64,000 nt of DNA from NCBI GenBank assembly GCA_964016885.1, contig OZ024751.1, positions 15,438,001-15,502,000 of the forward strand, read 5' to 3'. Below the pieces are notes generated by a model. It ran no database searches, was not told where the DNA came from, and saw nothing but the letters and a program-made list of their open reading frames with translations. Within the stretch, counting starts at the first letter, position 1; the number at the start of each line of letters is the position of its first letter. The DNA is from Eledone cirrhosa. Lineage: Eukaryota. Both the position numbers and the translations under genes were made by a program. Positions 10,501 to 22,494 of this stretch are shown here, piece by piece.

Positions 10501-11381
10501 TGGGAGACTTTCACCTACCGAGGGCCACCTTCTCCCAGAAATGACACACTCAAACAGAGACAAACTGTCCTGGATCTCTGTAGGTGATGTCAGGGAGCTT
10601 TCTGAATCATCTCATCTCCGATGCTTCTGACGTAGGAGTTAAACAGATACATCTTGTTGCATAAACTGCGAGCATTTAAGGACAACAATTTGTACCCTGC
10701 TAGCAGTTTATGATGGTATGTAGAGGATGACAGGTTGTTCTGGTTTAGTTACCCAAAGTATTTGCAGTTTTTTCATTGCCAGTTATTGTGGGTAGAGCGC
10801 ACTCAGACCAGCTGGTATCTCTCTTCCATGTTTCATCAGCCTTAACAAACCTCCAGATCAGCCCATTATCACGCAGACTAAAACTTTCATGTTGTGCTGA
10901 GTTCCGATTCAAGGCAGCTGCAGCACGTAGCTTTGGATGTACATCAGGTGATAGGCCTGGCCGTGTTCGGAAGTTAATCTGATTTTCACGCCCGGCTTTA
11001 ACAGAGGCCAGATGATATGAAATTGCCTCAGCAGGGTTCGAAAAAGACAGCCTAATGAATCTGGGTTTTGGACCAGGTCGACCGAGGCGGAGAGCACCCT
11101 TTGGGAGAACACAGCCTAGGTCTTTGGCTGAGCTGGCAGCAAATGCCTGAAGATCAGCCTTGTCTTCTGGTACCCCAATGGCAATTACTTCATGGGTAGC
11201 AGATTCCGCGGTCTTCTCCGTGTGCCCAGATCCGGCAAGAGGTACAGTGAGATACTTAAGCAAGGCATTCCTATAAGACCCCTCATTGTGGGGTCCAACC
11301 CGAATGCTTGCTTTTATTCCTGTTACTTCCTTTCTTAAAGCAGAAATCATTTGTTGCAATTCTGCAAAATCTGTACTGGTC
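7510..11381 (-). repeat. Tandem array of a 917-bp CR1 segment (ORF1 plus ORF2 start), about 4.2 copies
   Basis: ORF stops at 7994, 8911, 9828 and 10745 give an exact 917-bp period. Units are near-identical and match 5043-5579. Confidence 0.95.
7994..8680 (-). CDS. CR1 ORF1-like protein (228 aa; copies at 8911-9531, 9828-10514 and 10745-11381)
   Basis: Coiled-coil-like N-terminal part and RRM-like VIAIGVP...RLGRPGPKPRLIRLSF. Lies directly upstream of the APE start. Confidence 0.6.
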   Translation of the reverse strand: MKVSQQQYVETLIQFAKDFFHQLTSTNFAKLQSALREVKGIKASIQVGPHNEGSYRNALLKNLPVPLAEKTEKTAESATHEVIAIGVPGDKADLQAFAASSAKDLGCVPPKGALRLGRPGPKPRLIRLSFSNPAEAITYHLASVKAGRENQINFRTQPGLSPDVHPKLRAAAALNRNSAQHESFSLRDDGQIWRFVKAGETWKRDTSWSECDLPTITGNVKTATTLGN

Positions 11382-11917
11382 GATTTATATAGCTTCTTCC
11401 TATTATGCTCAATGTTATTAATGCTAGAGTTTATCACAAATAATGCATCGTCACGATGAAGTCCCCCTTTAAGGTGCGGAAAGCTAACATATAGTTCTTT
11501 CAAGAGGAACAGCCCAACAAGATTAGTTACCTGCGCCGAATCACTCGAACCCATTGTAACGTCAAAGTTGTTGGGTGTGTTTTTACGCGTCCAAAGTGTA
11601 TCTTCGAATTTGATGATAGTCCTACGGGCGGCTAGTATGACATCAATTTGGGGTCGCGTAAGACTAGACATTCGCATAGCCATCATTAAGGCTTTATTAA
11701 GGAGGATAGGTGAAATCGACGTGTAATAGGCATCTATATCAAACTCGATAAACCTACTAGACTCAAGCTTATTGATACCAGAGAACCAATCAATAACATC
11801 CTTAGTATTTCCCCATAGATTAAAATGAACCTTTTCCCTAACGGTAGGTATAATCAGGTCAAGGATTTTCTTACTAATTATAGCTATATCAGACTTAGAA
11901 GGACTGTTATGATCCTT
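11382..11917 (-). mobile_element. Penelope-like (Naiad-type) RT fragment
   Basis: SKSDIAIISKKILD, FIEFDIDAYY, DVTMGSSDSAQ and GLHRDD motifs, homologous to 15090-16140 and 18960-21240. Confidence 0.9.
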
Positions 11918-11949
11918 ATATATATATACATATACATATATATACATAT

Positions 11950-12530
11950 ACAAGAGGACCTCTTAGGCGTTTCCCGCCTTATGAAAGGAGCAAGGTTGCA
12001 CGCAGTGATTCGCGTTCTCAGCAAATCGCTCGTGGTACCAGCATAGAGATGAAGCTGGTGATTTATAACGCCGTCAAAAACTTTGCAATCTCCCACGACT
12101 GCGGGGGCGCGAACAGCCACCACACAATGCCTTCATCTTGTGGAGCTCTATGGTGAGCTCCTGAATGGACCTCTGCATCGCTATAATGGTCGAGCTGGCT
12201 GTTGGCGCTGCCACGTAGATCGCATGGCCGTGTGTGGCCCGAACTGGGTGGTGAACAGCGGCAAGGGGGTCGCTGCCTCCGGCATTCATCACCTTGAAAA
12301 CTTTGTCTGCAGATACAGCAAGCTGATCCACCGTGCTTGTATCCCTCATGGGGGCCAAAATTGCCTGTACGTTGGTCGGCAGGCGCGAGAAGAACAACTG
12401 CTTCAGCAGGACTGTTTCCGCTGCAGACCCCTCCGTTAGGTCCTTCATTCGCTTAAGGAGGTTCGATGGGGTGCCATCCCCTATATGCTCCAGATGGACC
12501 AGAGCCCTAAATCTTTTTTCTGAAGACTGT
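11950..12530 (-). mobile_element. Gypsy (Mag-like) gag fragment
   Basis: GDGTPSNLLKRM, LFFSRLPTNVQAIL and a C-terminal CWYHERFAENANHCVQPCSF motif. Confidence 0.8.
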
Positions 12531-13608
12531 TCTGTCCAGCTAGTGGTTATGTCATACAAGCTCTGTATCAGCCTGATTAATTTACCATTGTTGTTGTACA
12601 GCTTCATTGTGTTCCATAGTGTTGTGTGCCAAAACCCTGTTGAATGCCTTCTTGAAGTCTGCGAAGACATGGTAGAGATCCTGTTGATGTTGGAGGTACC
12701 TTTCGCAAATTATCCTAAAGTTGAAGATCTATGTTGTGTTTCACCTGGTTGGAAGCCTGCTTGCTTTTCAGTGATAATCTTTTCTGCTTGCGGCTTCAGT
12801 CGGTTTAGCAAGGTCTTCAGCATGACTTTGCTTGGTTGACTGATGAGGCTGATGGTACGATAAATTTGACATTGCTGTAGGTTGCCTTTCTTGGGGAGGG
12901 TGATGACGAGTGACTGGGTCCTAGTTTTTGACCATTCCCCTGTCTGTCAGATCTTATTGCAGATGGTCATTAGAGCACTTATCATGGCTTCTCCCCCTAC
13001 CTGCACCAGCTCCGCTGGGATATTGTCAACTCCTGTAGACTTCCCTTTCCTGAGCGATTTCACAGCTGATTCTACTTCTTCACAAAGGATGGGGTAGTTG
13101 TTGTTGGTTGCTGGAGGGACTTTCAGTACTTCTGGACCGTCTGCGGTTCTGGTTGTACAGCTCTGAGCAGTACTCAGTCCATCTGTTTTGGATGTTTTGT
13201 TCTTCAGTAAGGCTTTTTCCATCCTTGTCCTGTATGGTGATGGTTCGCTCTTGTTTACTGTTGGTCAGGTCTTTCACCAGTTGGTAAGCTTTCTTGCTGT
13301 TGTTCTTTTTCAGGTTATCTTCGATGTTCTGGCACTGCTCTTCTATCCAGTTCTCTTTTGCTCTTACCACGGCTATCTTTATTCCCTGGTTGACTGCCCC
13401 ATACTGTTTTGCTCCTTCCACATTGTTCTTCCTCCTCTTCAGCTCCCTCCGTCCCTCGCACATATGAAGTATGTCAGCTGTGACCCAGGGCTTCTTGATT
13501 GGGCCATATTTGTTAAGGATCTTATTGGCTGTGTCGTTCACTGCTGTGGTGAAGCTGTCGGTCAACGTGTCTGTGTCTCTGCCGTCAGCATCCAGAATGT
13601 GTGGCATT
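12530..13608 (-). mobile_element. RTE (BovB-like) LINE fragment, degenerate
   Basis: KSTGVDNIPAEL, LPKKGNL..C..YRTISL, QAGF and FADFKKAF motifs, with frameshifts. Confidence 0.85.
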
Positions 13609-13759
13609 AAATTTTTGGACATACTCTTCATATTGTCTCATAGAATTATGATAAGCAGTATTCAGTTATGGGCTTCACACATGTTTACGTATAAACTGTC
13701 AGAGGTGTTATCATTGTCGCCAACAGAAGTGTTCAGTGCGTTGAACTTATTCCAAAAGC

Positions 13760-14430
13760 ACTCCTGTCGTACAAACCTTACTTGGGCTGAACTCTCTGCT
13801 CTGTATACCCTATGGTGCTGCAGTGACATTGTAATTAAACTCACCAATAAAGGTGGTGCTATGGTGGTGTGTTGTGCAAATAATACCCAATTTTGCAGCC
13901 CCTTTATTTTCTGACCCCACCCAGGTTACTACAGCTTGTGTCCCCGACCATTTGCCCACTCATCTCCTCTATCCTACCCCCACACTGCCACAAATCTTAT
14001 AGTATGCACACCTGCTATGTACGTCCCCCCCCAAAATACATAAACTTACTAATCCTGGCCGTCCTATCATTTCCGCTTGCAACTTCCCTACTGAAATCTC
14101 CCAATACCATGACACCCACTTCACCCCCTTAGTCTCTGACTTCCCCTCCCACATCCATGGCACTAACCATTCTCTTTGACTGTTCAACTCCTTTTCCTCT
14201 CCTGACCCCTCTTGCCTACTCTTAAGCTTGGACTTCACTTCTCCCGACCCCACCCACACCAAACTCTCCAAACCCTCCTCCCAATTCCTCCGTTTTTGTT
14301 GGCTCTGCAATCACGATCATGATCTAAGCTGTCCATGATACTGACCACACAAAATCCCTCTTACCCCACAACTGTCCCACACCCTCCACAAAACTCACCT
14401 TCCTTTCATCTTCACCTATCATCCCTCTAT
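13760..14430 (+). mobile_element. Penelope-like RT fragment (different family), degenerate
   Basis: NLTWAELSAL...DIVIKLTNKGGAMVV and PKIHKLTNPGRPIISAC motifs. Confidence 0.75.
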
Positions 14431-14519
14431 GAGCTATTTACGAACCAAAGTTTTCTTAAACATAAGACAAAACTCCCCCACACACAGATAACATAACATT
14501 TTCAATACCATTACAATTA

Positions 14520-15090
14520 AACTCATCCTTGGGTCTTGATCCTCCTGCCGGCCATCTGCTCCACCATCAGATCCAGGCTCCAGCAGCTCACAAGCAGACC
14601 GGGCATCATTGACACCCACTCAGCTCTCTTCTTGTTGAGGAACTGCATTGCCATGCCAAAGGCTCCTCTACACCCTTTATAGCGCTCCTTAGTCACAACC
14701 ACGCATCTCTCCTTAATGACCTTGACACTTGTATCCGAGCAGCATGCTCAGAGATATGCAATGTTAGGTTTGACAACCTCTGATGACAACAGGCTACTTT
14801 AAGTGTTAGAAATGGTGGCCTTGGCCTCCAAGTCCCAGTCTCGCTGGTTTTGGCTTACCGGCGTTTCTTTTGTAGGTAATCTCTTGCCGTGTCCTCATCA
14901 ACAAGGTTCTCCAAAACACAATGGAACCATCTGTGATCGAGGAATGTGAGGCCGCCTGCGAGATTTGGAACCGGCTCGGACTCAGCCCAGTAAACACCCC
15001 TTCATCTTTTTTCCTTGTTGACGGCAAATTCCCCCCAGAGCATATGAGATGTTATCCAGTGCAACATGACCTCGGACAAACTTGCGCGAA
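14520..15090 (+). mobile_element. CRE-clade LINE fragment (post-RT region)
   Basis: Manual translation gives ALFLLRNCIAMPK...LDTCIRAACSEICNVRFD..QQATLSVRNGGLGL. Confidence 0.6.
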
Positions 15091-16140
15091 TTAAGTAAAA
15101 ATTATAAAAAGACACCTATGAACACACTTAACAACATAGACTGGGTAAGAATATTGTAACTAAATTAGAAATTGAAAATACACTGACTCTTACAAACCAA
15201 TGACCCCAGAATTCTCCCTTAAGGATCACAAGGTTAATTTTAACGATAACCCTTCAATTAGATTAATATGCCCCTCTACATCAGATATTGGTAAAATTAG
15301 TAAAATAATCCTAGATAGAGTAATACCAATATTAAGAAATAAGGCCAAGATTTTGCTATGGGGCAACACTGACCAAGTTATTAATTGGTTCACTAAGATA
15401 GTGGATGAGAAATCGTTTAAATTTATACACTTCGATATAGATAACTATTATGCTTCTATCTCCCCAATACTGTTAAATGAAGCCCTAATAATTACTAAAA
15501 ATGAAATAGATATAGTGCTAACAGCTAGGCGTACTATCATTGACTTTGACAGTTCATACTGGACCAGGGCCACCGACCTGATAACTTGGATATCATGATG
15601 GGGTCGAGTCACTCCACACAGGTAATGGAACTTGTTGGCATATACCTCTTACACAAACTTAAAGAAATTCCCACACTCCAAGGAGGTGTATATAGAGATG
15701 ACGCTCTATTTACAGTAAAAATACTACAACCCTCGTAGGATAGAAACATATTCACAGATTCTTTAAAACTAATGGCCTTTTGGTAACCATAGATACTAGC
15801 CATGAGATAGTTAACTTCCTTGATGTTACATTAGAACTATATACAGGACTATACAGACCAAACCATAAACTGGGTGAGGTGCTTTCCTACATGAGTAAAT
15901 CATCTAACCACCCACCCTCTATCCTTAACCGTAAAGAGCGTCTGTCATAGAATCTTGAGGCTCTCAGCTATTGAGGACTTGTTTAACTGCACTATAACAG
16001 TGCGCTGTCTGCGTCAGGCTATAATAATAAAATTTCTTACATCCAGGATATTAAATCTACTAAAATCCCTTTTCATAGTAACATAATCGCACAGCACACT
16101 AACTCTAATAACGATAGGACTAATAAAAATAGACTAGATG
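15090..16140 (+). mobile_element. Penelope-like (Naiad-type) RT fragment
   Basis: LKDHK.NF...PSIRLICPSTSDIG, FDIDNYY, MMGS, YRDD, NFLDVTL and SNHPP motifs. Confidence 0.9.
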
Positions 16141-16141
16141 T

Positions 16142-16615
16142 GTGTTTAGGAAGGGCATCCAACCAGTGTATCAATGTCAAAACGCTTATAAGCACACCAA
16201 CAAGTATATAGGAACAACAAAAATATGAAGATGTCACATCTCAGAGTTGCAACACTTAATGTTGGCACTCTCACAGGTAGATCTGCTGAAATAGCGGAGA
16301 TGCTGGAGAGAAGGCATGTGTATGTGTGCTGCGTGCAAGAGGTGAGATGGAGAGGTGCCTCTGCGAGACTAGTCGCAGGCAAACATCTTAGCTATAAGCT
16401 TTTCTAGGTAGGTAAGGATGATGGGTTAGGGGGAGTAGGCATTTTCCTGACAATAGAGGTAGTTCAAGTTAGTAATCGAATAATTAAGCTTAGACTACTG
16501 ACAATCATCTCTGCCTATGCTCCCCAAACGGGCCTAGGAAGAGAAAGAAGAGAAAGACTGCTTTTACGAGCAACTTTTACAAACAACCGCAATGACAGAG
16601 GACGGAGACATCGTT
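16142..16615 (+). mobile_element. RTE LINE 5' end (5'UTR plus APE start)
   Basis: ORF start RVATLNVGTLTGR...CVQEVRWRG, then SAYAPQ. The 5'UTR begins gtttaggaagggcatcca. Confidence 0.85.
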
Positions 16616-18950
16616 ATGCCTAACTTAATGCCTCTATAGTTTCCCCTATCTAGAGCATCCCCTTTACCCTTGTAGCAGTTAATGATGATGCTGCTACACC
16701 AGTCTTTCGGTATGACCCCATTCTGTATTACTTTGTTAACTATACGGGTGACCATAGTGTGTCCCACCATACCAGATGCCTTCAACATCTCAGCAACTAT
16801 CTCCGAAGGCCCAGCTGCCTTGCCTGTCTTCATATCTTTGATTGCCTTACTTATTATACTACCTTTAACTTGCACTGCTGGTCCTTCTATTGGATTGATT
16901 TGGGGCAGACTATCTTTTTCCCCATTTATTCTCCTCATTTAATAGTCTCTCGTAGTGACACTTCCAGGCTATCTTCTTATCAGTATCAGTGAGGGCAAGT
17001 ACACCATTATCATTACGGACACACTTCTCCCCGACAATATCACGATTTTCCTTGACACATTGTCTAGCAATCCTGAACACCTCATGTTTTTGGTCCTCAC
17101 GTTGTAGAACATGCTTGAACTTTCTATCCTCTGCTTCCCTTTTTGCAAGGTACACTTGTCTCCTAGCTTCTCTCCTGGCCACTTGATAGTGCTCTCTACT
17201 TCCCCCATCCTGCCATACTTTCCAAGCCTGCTTTTTGGCCTTGATTGTCTCTTCTACCTTACTGTTCCACCACCAAGTTACTCTCCTCCTGCCAATAGGT
17301 CTGCTCCAGCCACATATTTCATCCGTTGCTTTCAGCAGGTTCACTTTCAAGAATTGCCACTGTTCCTCTATATCGCACGTCTCTAATTGTTCTTCCTTAT
17401 TGTCAAAGGCATCAAGTAATAAGCTTTTAAATTTGTCACTGGCTATGGGGTCCTTCAACTTTCATATTCTTCTCCTCAAGGTTGGACTCCTCTGTCGTCG
17501 AGTACGTCTATTTCTGACTATGAGGTCACTAACTACTAACGTGTACATAGGTAGAACAGAATGAGATGCCATTGGTATACCGTAGGTAATTTGCCAAAAA
17601 AAAAAAAAATTGTCTCCGTTTGGAAAAATGTCTCCAACACAACAGAAAAGGAAAACAAAATCACTTATTTTTCTCTGTCAAACAACTGGACAGGAAAAAT
17701 AATGCATCCGGGACAATATGCAAAGGAGCGACTAACCGAGCGATGTCATTAATAAGGTATAGGCAGGGAATTTGAAACTAAAACCAACATGGCAGACTAT
17801 TTCACGCCAAAAACACTATTGATGGAGAAGAAAGCCGCCATCTTGTCATCCTCAACATTTTTAGCCAGAGAAGAGAGGAAAAAAAGAAAAGGAGAAAAAA
17901 AAGCAAAAACATTCGCACAATTGCTGTTTGTTTGTGTGTAAATAACTTTGGGTGTTCGTTTTGCACATATGAAGAGTTTGATGTTAAGTGTTACAGAGAA
18001 ATATGTTTAGATCGGTCAATACAGCCATATCAGAATCAAGTGTGTTGTTCTGTATTAAATGTTTTTTTTTCTCTTTTTTTTTTTATATACACATGGTACT
18101 ATTTCCCATTCTTTTTAAAAAAAAAAAACAAAAAAAAAAACGTCAGGTCACCAATTTAGGAGATTAGTATCAGTGTACATATATATAATATCAAGAATGA
18201 CAATAAATGCAGGTGTGTGTTGTGACAAGGTTTTACTTCACAGAAGTCAAATAAATTAATATAAATAATTTGTTACCACATGTAGATGTTCAGTTGGTCA
18301 CAACTCCCAGACTGGAGTGTGTAGAGAAGAACAGAAATCTTCTCTTGGAGGTGTTTAAGTATTTCTTTAGGCTGCCGGAATTCTTCTTCTTGCGGTCGAA
18401 GGAAGTGAGACAGGAGTCATCTCTTGACAAGGTCTCAGGTGTTCTTGTCCCTTCGGAGTTCAGGATGTGAGAGAGGCTTATGCCTTGGCAGCCCTCAAAT
18501 ATATAGTCCCCAGGGGGATGCAACTCCATTTAGTACATGAATCTGCCTATGGGGGTCGCGCCTGTCGCAAAGGGACGTAACACCTATACGTGCTGAGTTA
18601 CGACCGTCGTAAAGGGACGCAACTCCTATACGTGCTGAGTCACAGCCGTAAGGGGCTGCTACAGATATAATCTATCTGGCTGGCATGTTCCCCTGATCTA
18701 TAGGTGATCAAGTGGTTTTCACATTTTTTGAAGTTTGTGTTACAGATAGTTAGGCTATTTGCGTCACAGAATTCCAGGATTCTGAAGCCTTCCTCATTTC
18801 TATTTCCAACCCCATAGCCTCCATGGATTCCATCATAGCCATCACTATGTTGTCCAACGTGACCGTTTAGATCGTCAGCAATAATTAAGTAGTCGCTGTC
18901 GGTTATTTGGGAAGTAGTGTGCATTAGCATCTCATAGAACCTGTCCTTTA
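16616..18950 (-). mobile_element. RTE LINE fragment (same family as 1-2902), split by an LTR element
   Basis: APE part at 18664-18950 (GHVGQH...SQIDYI), then LVVSDL...GNYRGIKL at 16616-17540. Confidence 0.85.
17540..18663 (-). mobile_element. Gypsy-like LTR element 5' end: LTR 18155-18663, degenerate Trp PBS and leader
   Basis: TGTAGCAGC...CTAATCTCCTAAA, one base, then TGGTGACCTGACG (18141-18153). U5 and the poly-T leader are similar to 5950-6150. Confidence 0.8.
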
Positions 18951-19364
18951 TAACCTGTCCTTTATAACGTCAATTATACAAAACATAAAATTCAAGAAAA
19001 ACCAATTTGTAGGCCAGGAATACCTTAAAGGCCTTAAGAATAATATAGAAAATCTTGAAAAAACTGAGAAAATTCTCGTTAAATCTGACAAAACCAACAA
19101 TCTATATGGAATGCAAAAGGACGAATATAATAATCTTATATTGAAGGAACTAAGGAAAAACTACAAAAGAACAACCAATGATGACCTTGAAATGCTAAAT
19201 AGAGAAGCTTCCGATATAATTAATAAATTAGGCATCGGAAATAGGACCGAACCCTTTATACCTAGAAAACCAAAAATTAATTTGAAAGACCACAAAAGAA
19301 ACTTTGAAATAGAATTACCAGTTCGACTTATAGCACCATCTAAATCAGACTTAGGCATAGTTAG

Positions 19365-19684
19365 GTAATGTGGCCGTGTAGGCAACACAGTAAAAACCTC
19401 CCAGCCCCACACTGTAAATGTGGTTGGTGTTAGGAAGGGCATCCAGCTGTAGAAAACCTGCCAGACAGTCCATGCTGTAATGTGGCCGTGTAGGCAACAC
19501 GGTAAAAACCTCCCAGCCCCACACTGTAAATGTGGTTGGTGTTAGGAAGGGCATCCAGCTGTAGAAAACCCGCCAGATAGTCCTATGCGAGCAAGACAAT
19601 CACTCTTGCCACAAGTGGGAAAACCCCCGTCCAAACCCATGCAAGCGTGGAACACGGACGTTAAACGTTGATGATGATGATGAT
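19365..19684 (+). mobile_element. RTE-dependent SINE-like insert with a tandemly duplicated ~113-bp segment
   Basis: ggtgttaggaagggcatccagctgtagaaa occurs twice. The 3' end is ggacgttaaacg followed by (tga)n. Confidence 0.75.
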
Positions 19685-22494
19685 ATTAGATAGAATCATA
19701 CCGCAACTTAAAGAAATATCTTACTTAAAACTATGAAACGGTACTAATGAAGTTATAGATTGGTTCAATAACATAAATTATAAGCATAACAAAAAATTCA
19801 TTCAATTGGATATTGCAAATTACTACTCATCTATCACTCCTAATTTACTTATCTACGCATCTAAATATACTGATTTATCTAGTGATGAAATGCATATCAT
19901 TTTAACTGCACGGAAAACCTTAATTAAATTCAACAACCATCTTTGGACCAGAGCAGATAGAGATAATAATTTCGATATCACTATGGGGTCATCAGACTCG
20001 GCGCAAATAACAGATCTTGTGGGGCTTTTTATTAACAATACATTACATAGAAAACTACCGGAGATGACCGCTGGTTTATATCGTGATGATATGCTGCTGT
20101 TAATTGAAAATAATAATAATTGTGAAATCAATAGGAAAAAAAAATCAATAATACAATTTTTTAATAGCTATAATCTTAAGTTAGAAATAGAGAATAATTA
20201 TAAAATTAACTTTTTAGACGTAACATTAAACCTTAATACTGGGCTATACTATCCATTCCTTAAAATTAATGAGAACTTAAACTATGTTAGCTTCAACTCT
20301 AATCATCCTAGATCCATTAAGAACACTCGTAAATTCTGTACAACGTATTTCTTGAATCTCATACAATAAAAATATATTTGAAGATAAGGCACAATATTAT
20401 AACGAAGCTTTAAGTAGAGCAAGCTATAATAATGAAATTAAATACATCGACAATAATGATAAGGCAATTAACCATAATATTAATTATAATTATAATAAGA
20501 AACCTAGCATAAACTCTAAAACTAACAGAAGAAATAGAACTAGAAACATAATCTGGTATGCTCCTCCGTTTTCACTAAGTATTAAAACACCTTTAGCTAA
20601 ACTATTTTTTAAAGCTCTTGATAAATGTTTTCCCAAGGCCCATAGATATTACTCAATCTTTAACAGACATACAGTTAAACTATCTTACTCTACTACTATG
20701 AACCTAGCACAAAATATAAACAGAATCAATAATAGAAATCTAAACCTTAACCAGAATAGCACTAATGCCTCTAGCAATATCCAATATAATAATACTGGTC
20801 TGAATAATATAAACTCTGATAAATGTAATTGTAGAATTAAATCTAACTGTCCTTTAAAAAATAACTGTTTAGTTAAAAATGTGGTCAATAAATGCAATGT
20901 CAAAACCAATGATAATATTTTTAACTATGTTGGCTCAATTTCTACAGACTTTAAATCTCGTTTCAATAACCATAAATGCCCGTTTAATAATATTGGTAAA
21001 AAATCTTCAACTTCTCTATCCAACTTGATATGGAACTTAAAATCCAAAAATAGAGACTATTCTTTAACTTGAAATATAATTTCAAAAGCACCCGCTTACA
21101 GAAACACAGCTTTATCCAAATTTTGCAAAATTGTGTGTTGAGGAAATTTTCTTCATACTTAAATGTAAGAACTCCATTAATTTACATAACAATTTATTTA
21201 GTTCTTGTAAACATCACCAAAACTCAACTTTTGGATCTATATATAAAATATAATTACACGTTTAATCTTCTCTACCAAACACCTATAATCTCATTTCTTA
21301 AATTATATGCATATATGTTCATAAATTCTAAATTACTTATTTCCCAAAAAACTATTTTTTGGGTCATCTTAATATTTTTGATATTTTTTTAGTATTTTTC
21401 TAATATTTTTAAATATTTCTTGATATTTCTTTATATTTTTTGAATAATTTTAGGTTTTTAATTATATTTTCTGAATAATTGTAGGTTTTTAATTAATTTT
21501 AAACACTTTTAAATGTTTGTAAAAGGTTTTGAGTATCTTCGGAGTCTTTTTGAGATCTTTTAAAAATCTCTTGGAAAGTTTTTCCAGGAATTTTAAAGAA
21601 TTTTGTCTAGAATAGTTAATATTTTATAGTCTTAATTTTTAAATGGTTTTAGTATTTTCTTATACTTTTAATAATTTTTAATTTTTTAATTTTTTGTAAT
21701 TATTTAATTATTAGAGTTATAATCAATAACTAACTCTGGCTAAATATATTTTTAAACATCTTTGTCAAAATTATCTCATAATAACTAATAAATAGACAAA
21801 ACTGGGATTTTCAATATTTTTCCAATGTAAAACATGAAAAACATATAAGTAATCTTATTAACTCAGTTAATTTAATTTAAATACTTACACTAAATATAAA
21901 CTAGTATCCCTCATAATTTATCATCTATAACATGATATACCCATCTATCCACTCATATATCTATCCTTATATCTATATTTTATCCTATGCTTCTACTTCA
22001 TATTTATTTTAAATCTATTTTTTAATATATTTCAATATATTTTAATATATTTTAATATATCTTAATATATTTTAATATATCTTTATTTATTTTTAATATA
22101 TCTTTATTTTTTCTATATATCTAATTTTCTATATACTTATAATAGTAAATAAATATTTATTATAATAGAATTCTAACAATTATTAGTAAATATACTAAAT
22201 ATGTAACAAACTTATTTACGTTATATGAATTCATCCTTGGATAAGCTTCTTTCTTTGCTCTTTCTTCACTCTATTTCTACATATACTAATATTTTCTTTC
22301 CTCTCCTTTTTTCTCTCTCTACTTCCCACAGCGTAATTTAAATAAACTGTTGTTTTTTAAATTTTTCGGACATTCATTTGCATATTCACACAGAACTTTG
22401 AATTACCCTCAATAAAATTTTTCACTATCCAGCGAATTTTCAACCATCAAGGTTGCTTTCCACGGTTATGTCACTATTTATAAAACAAATTTTG

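Noticed and set aside
16142-17540. Twin-priming 5' inversion of one RTE
   Set aside because: The pieces are tail-to-tail, and the minus copy has its own APE part at 18664-18950, so these are two separate copies.
19730-21075. In-frame TGA codons in the Naiad element as selenocysteine recoding
   Set aside because: The TGAs fall at positions that are Trp or Arg-like in the sister copies, not Cys, and frameshifts are also present. Decay explains them.
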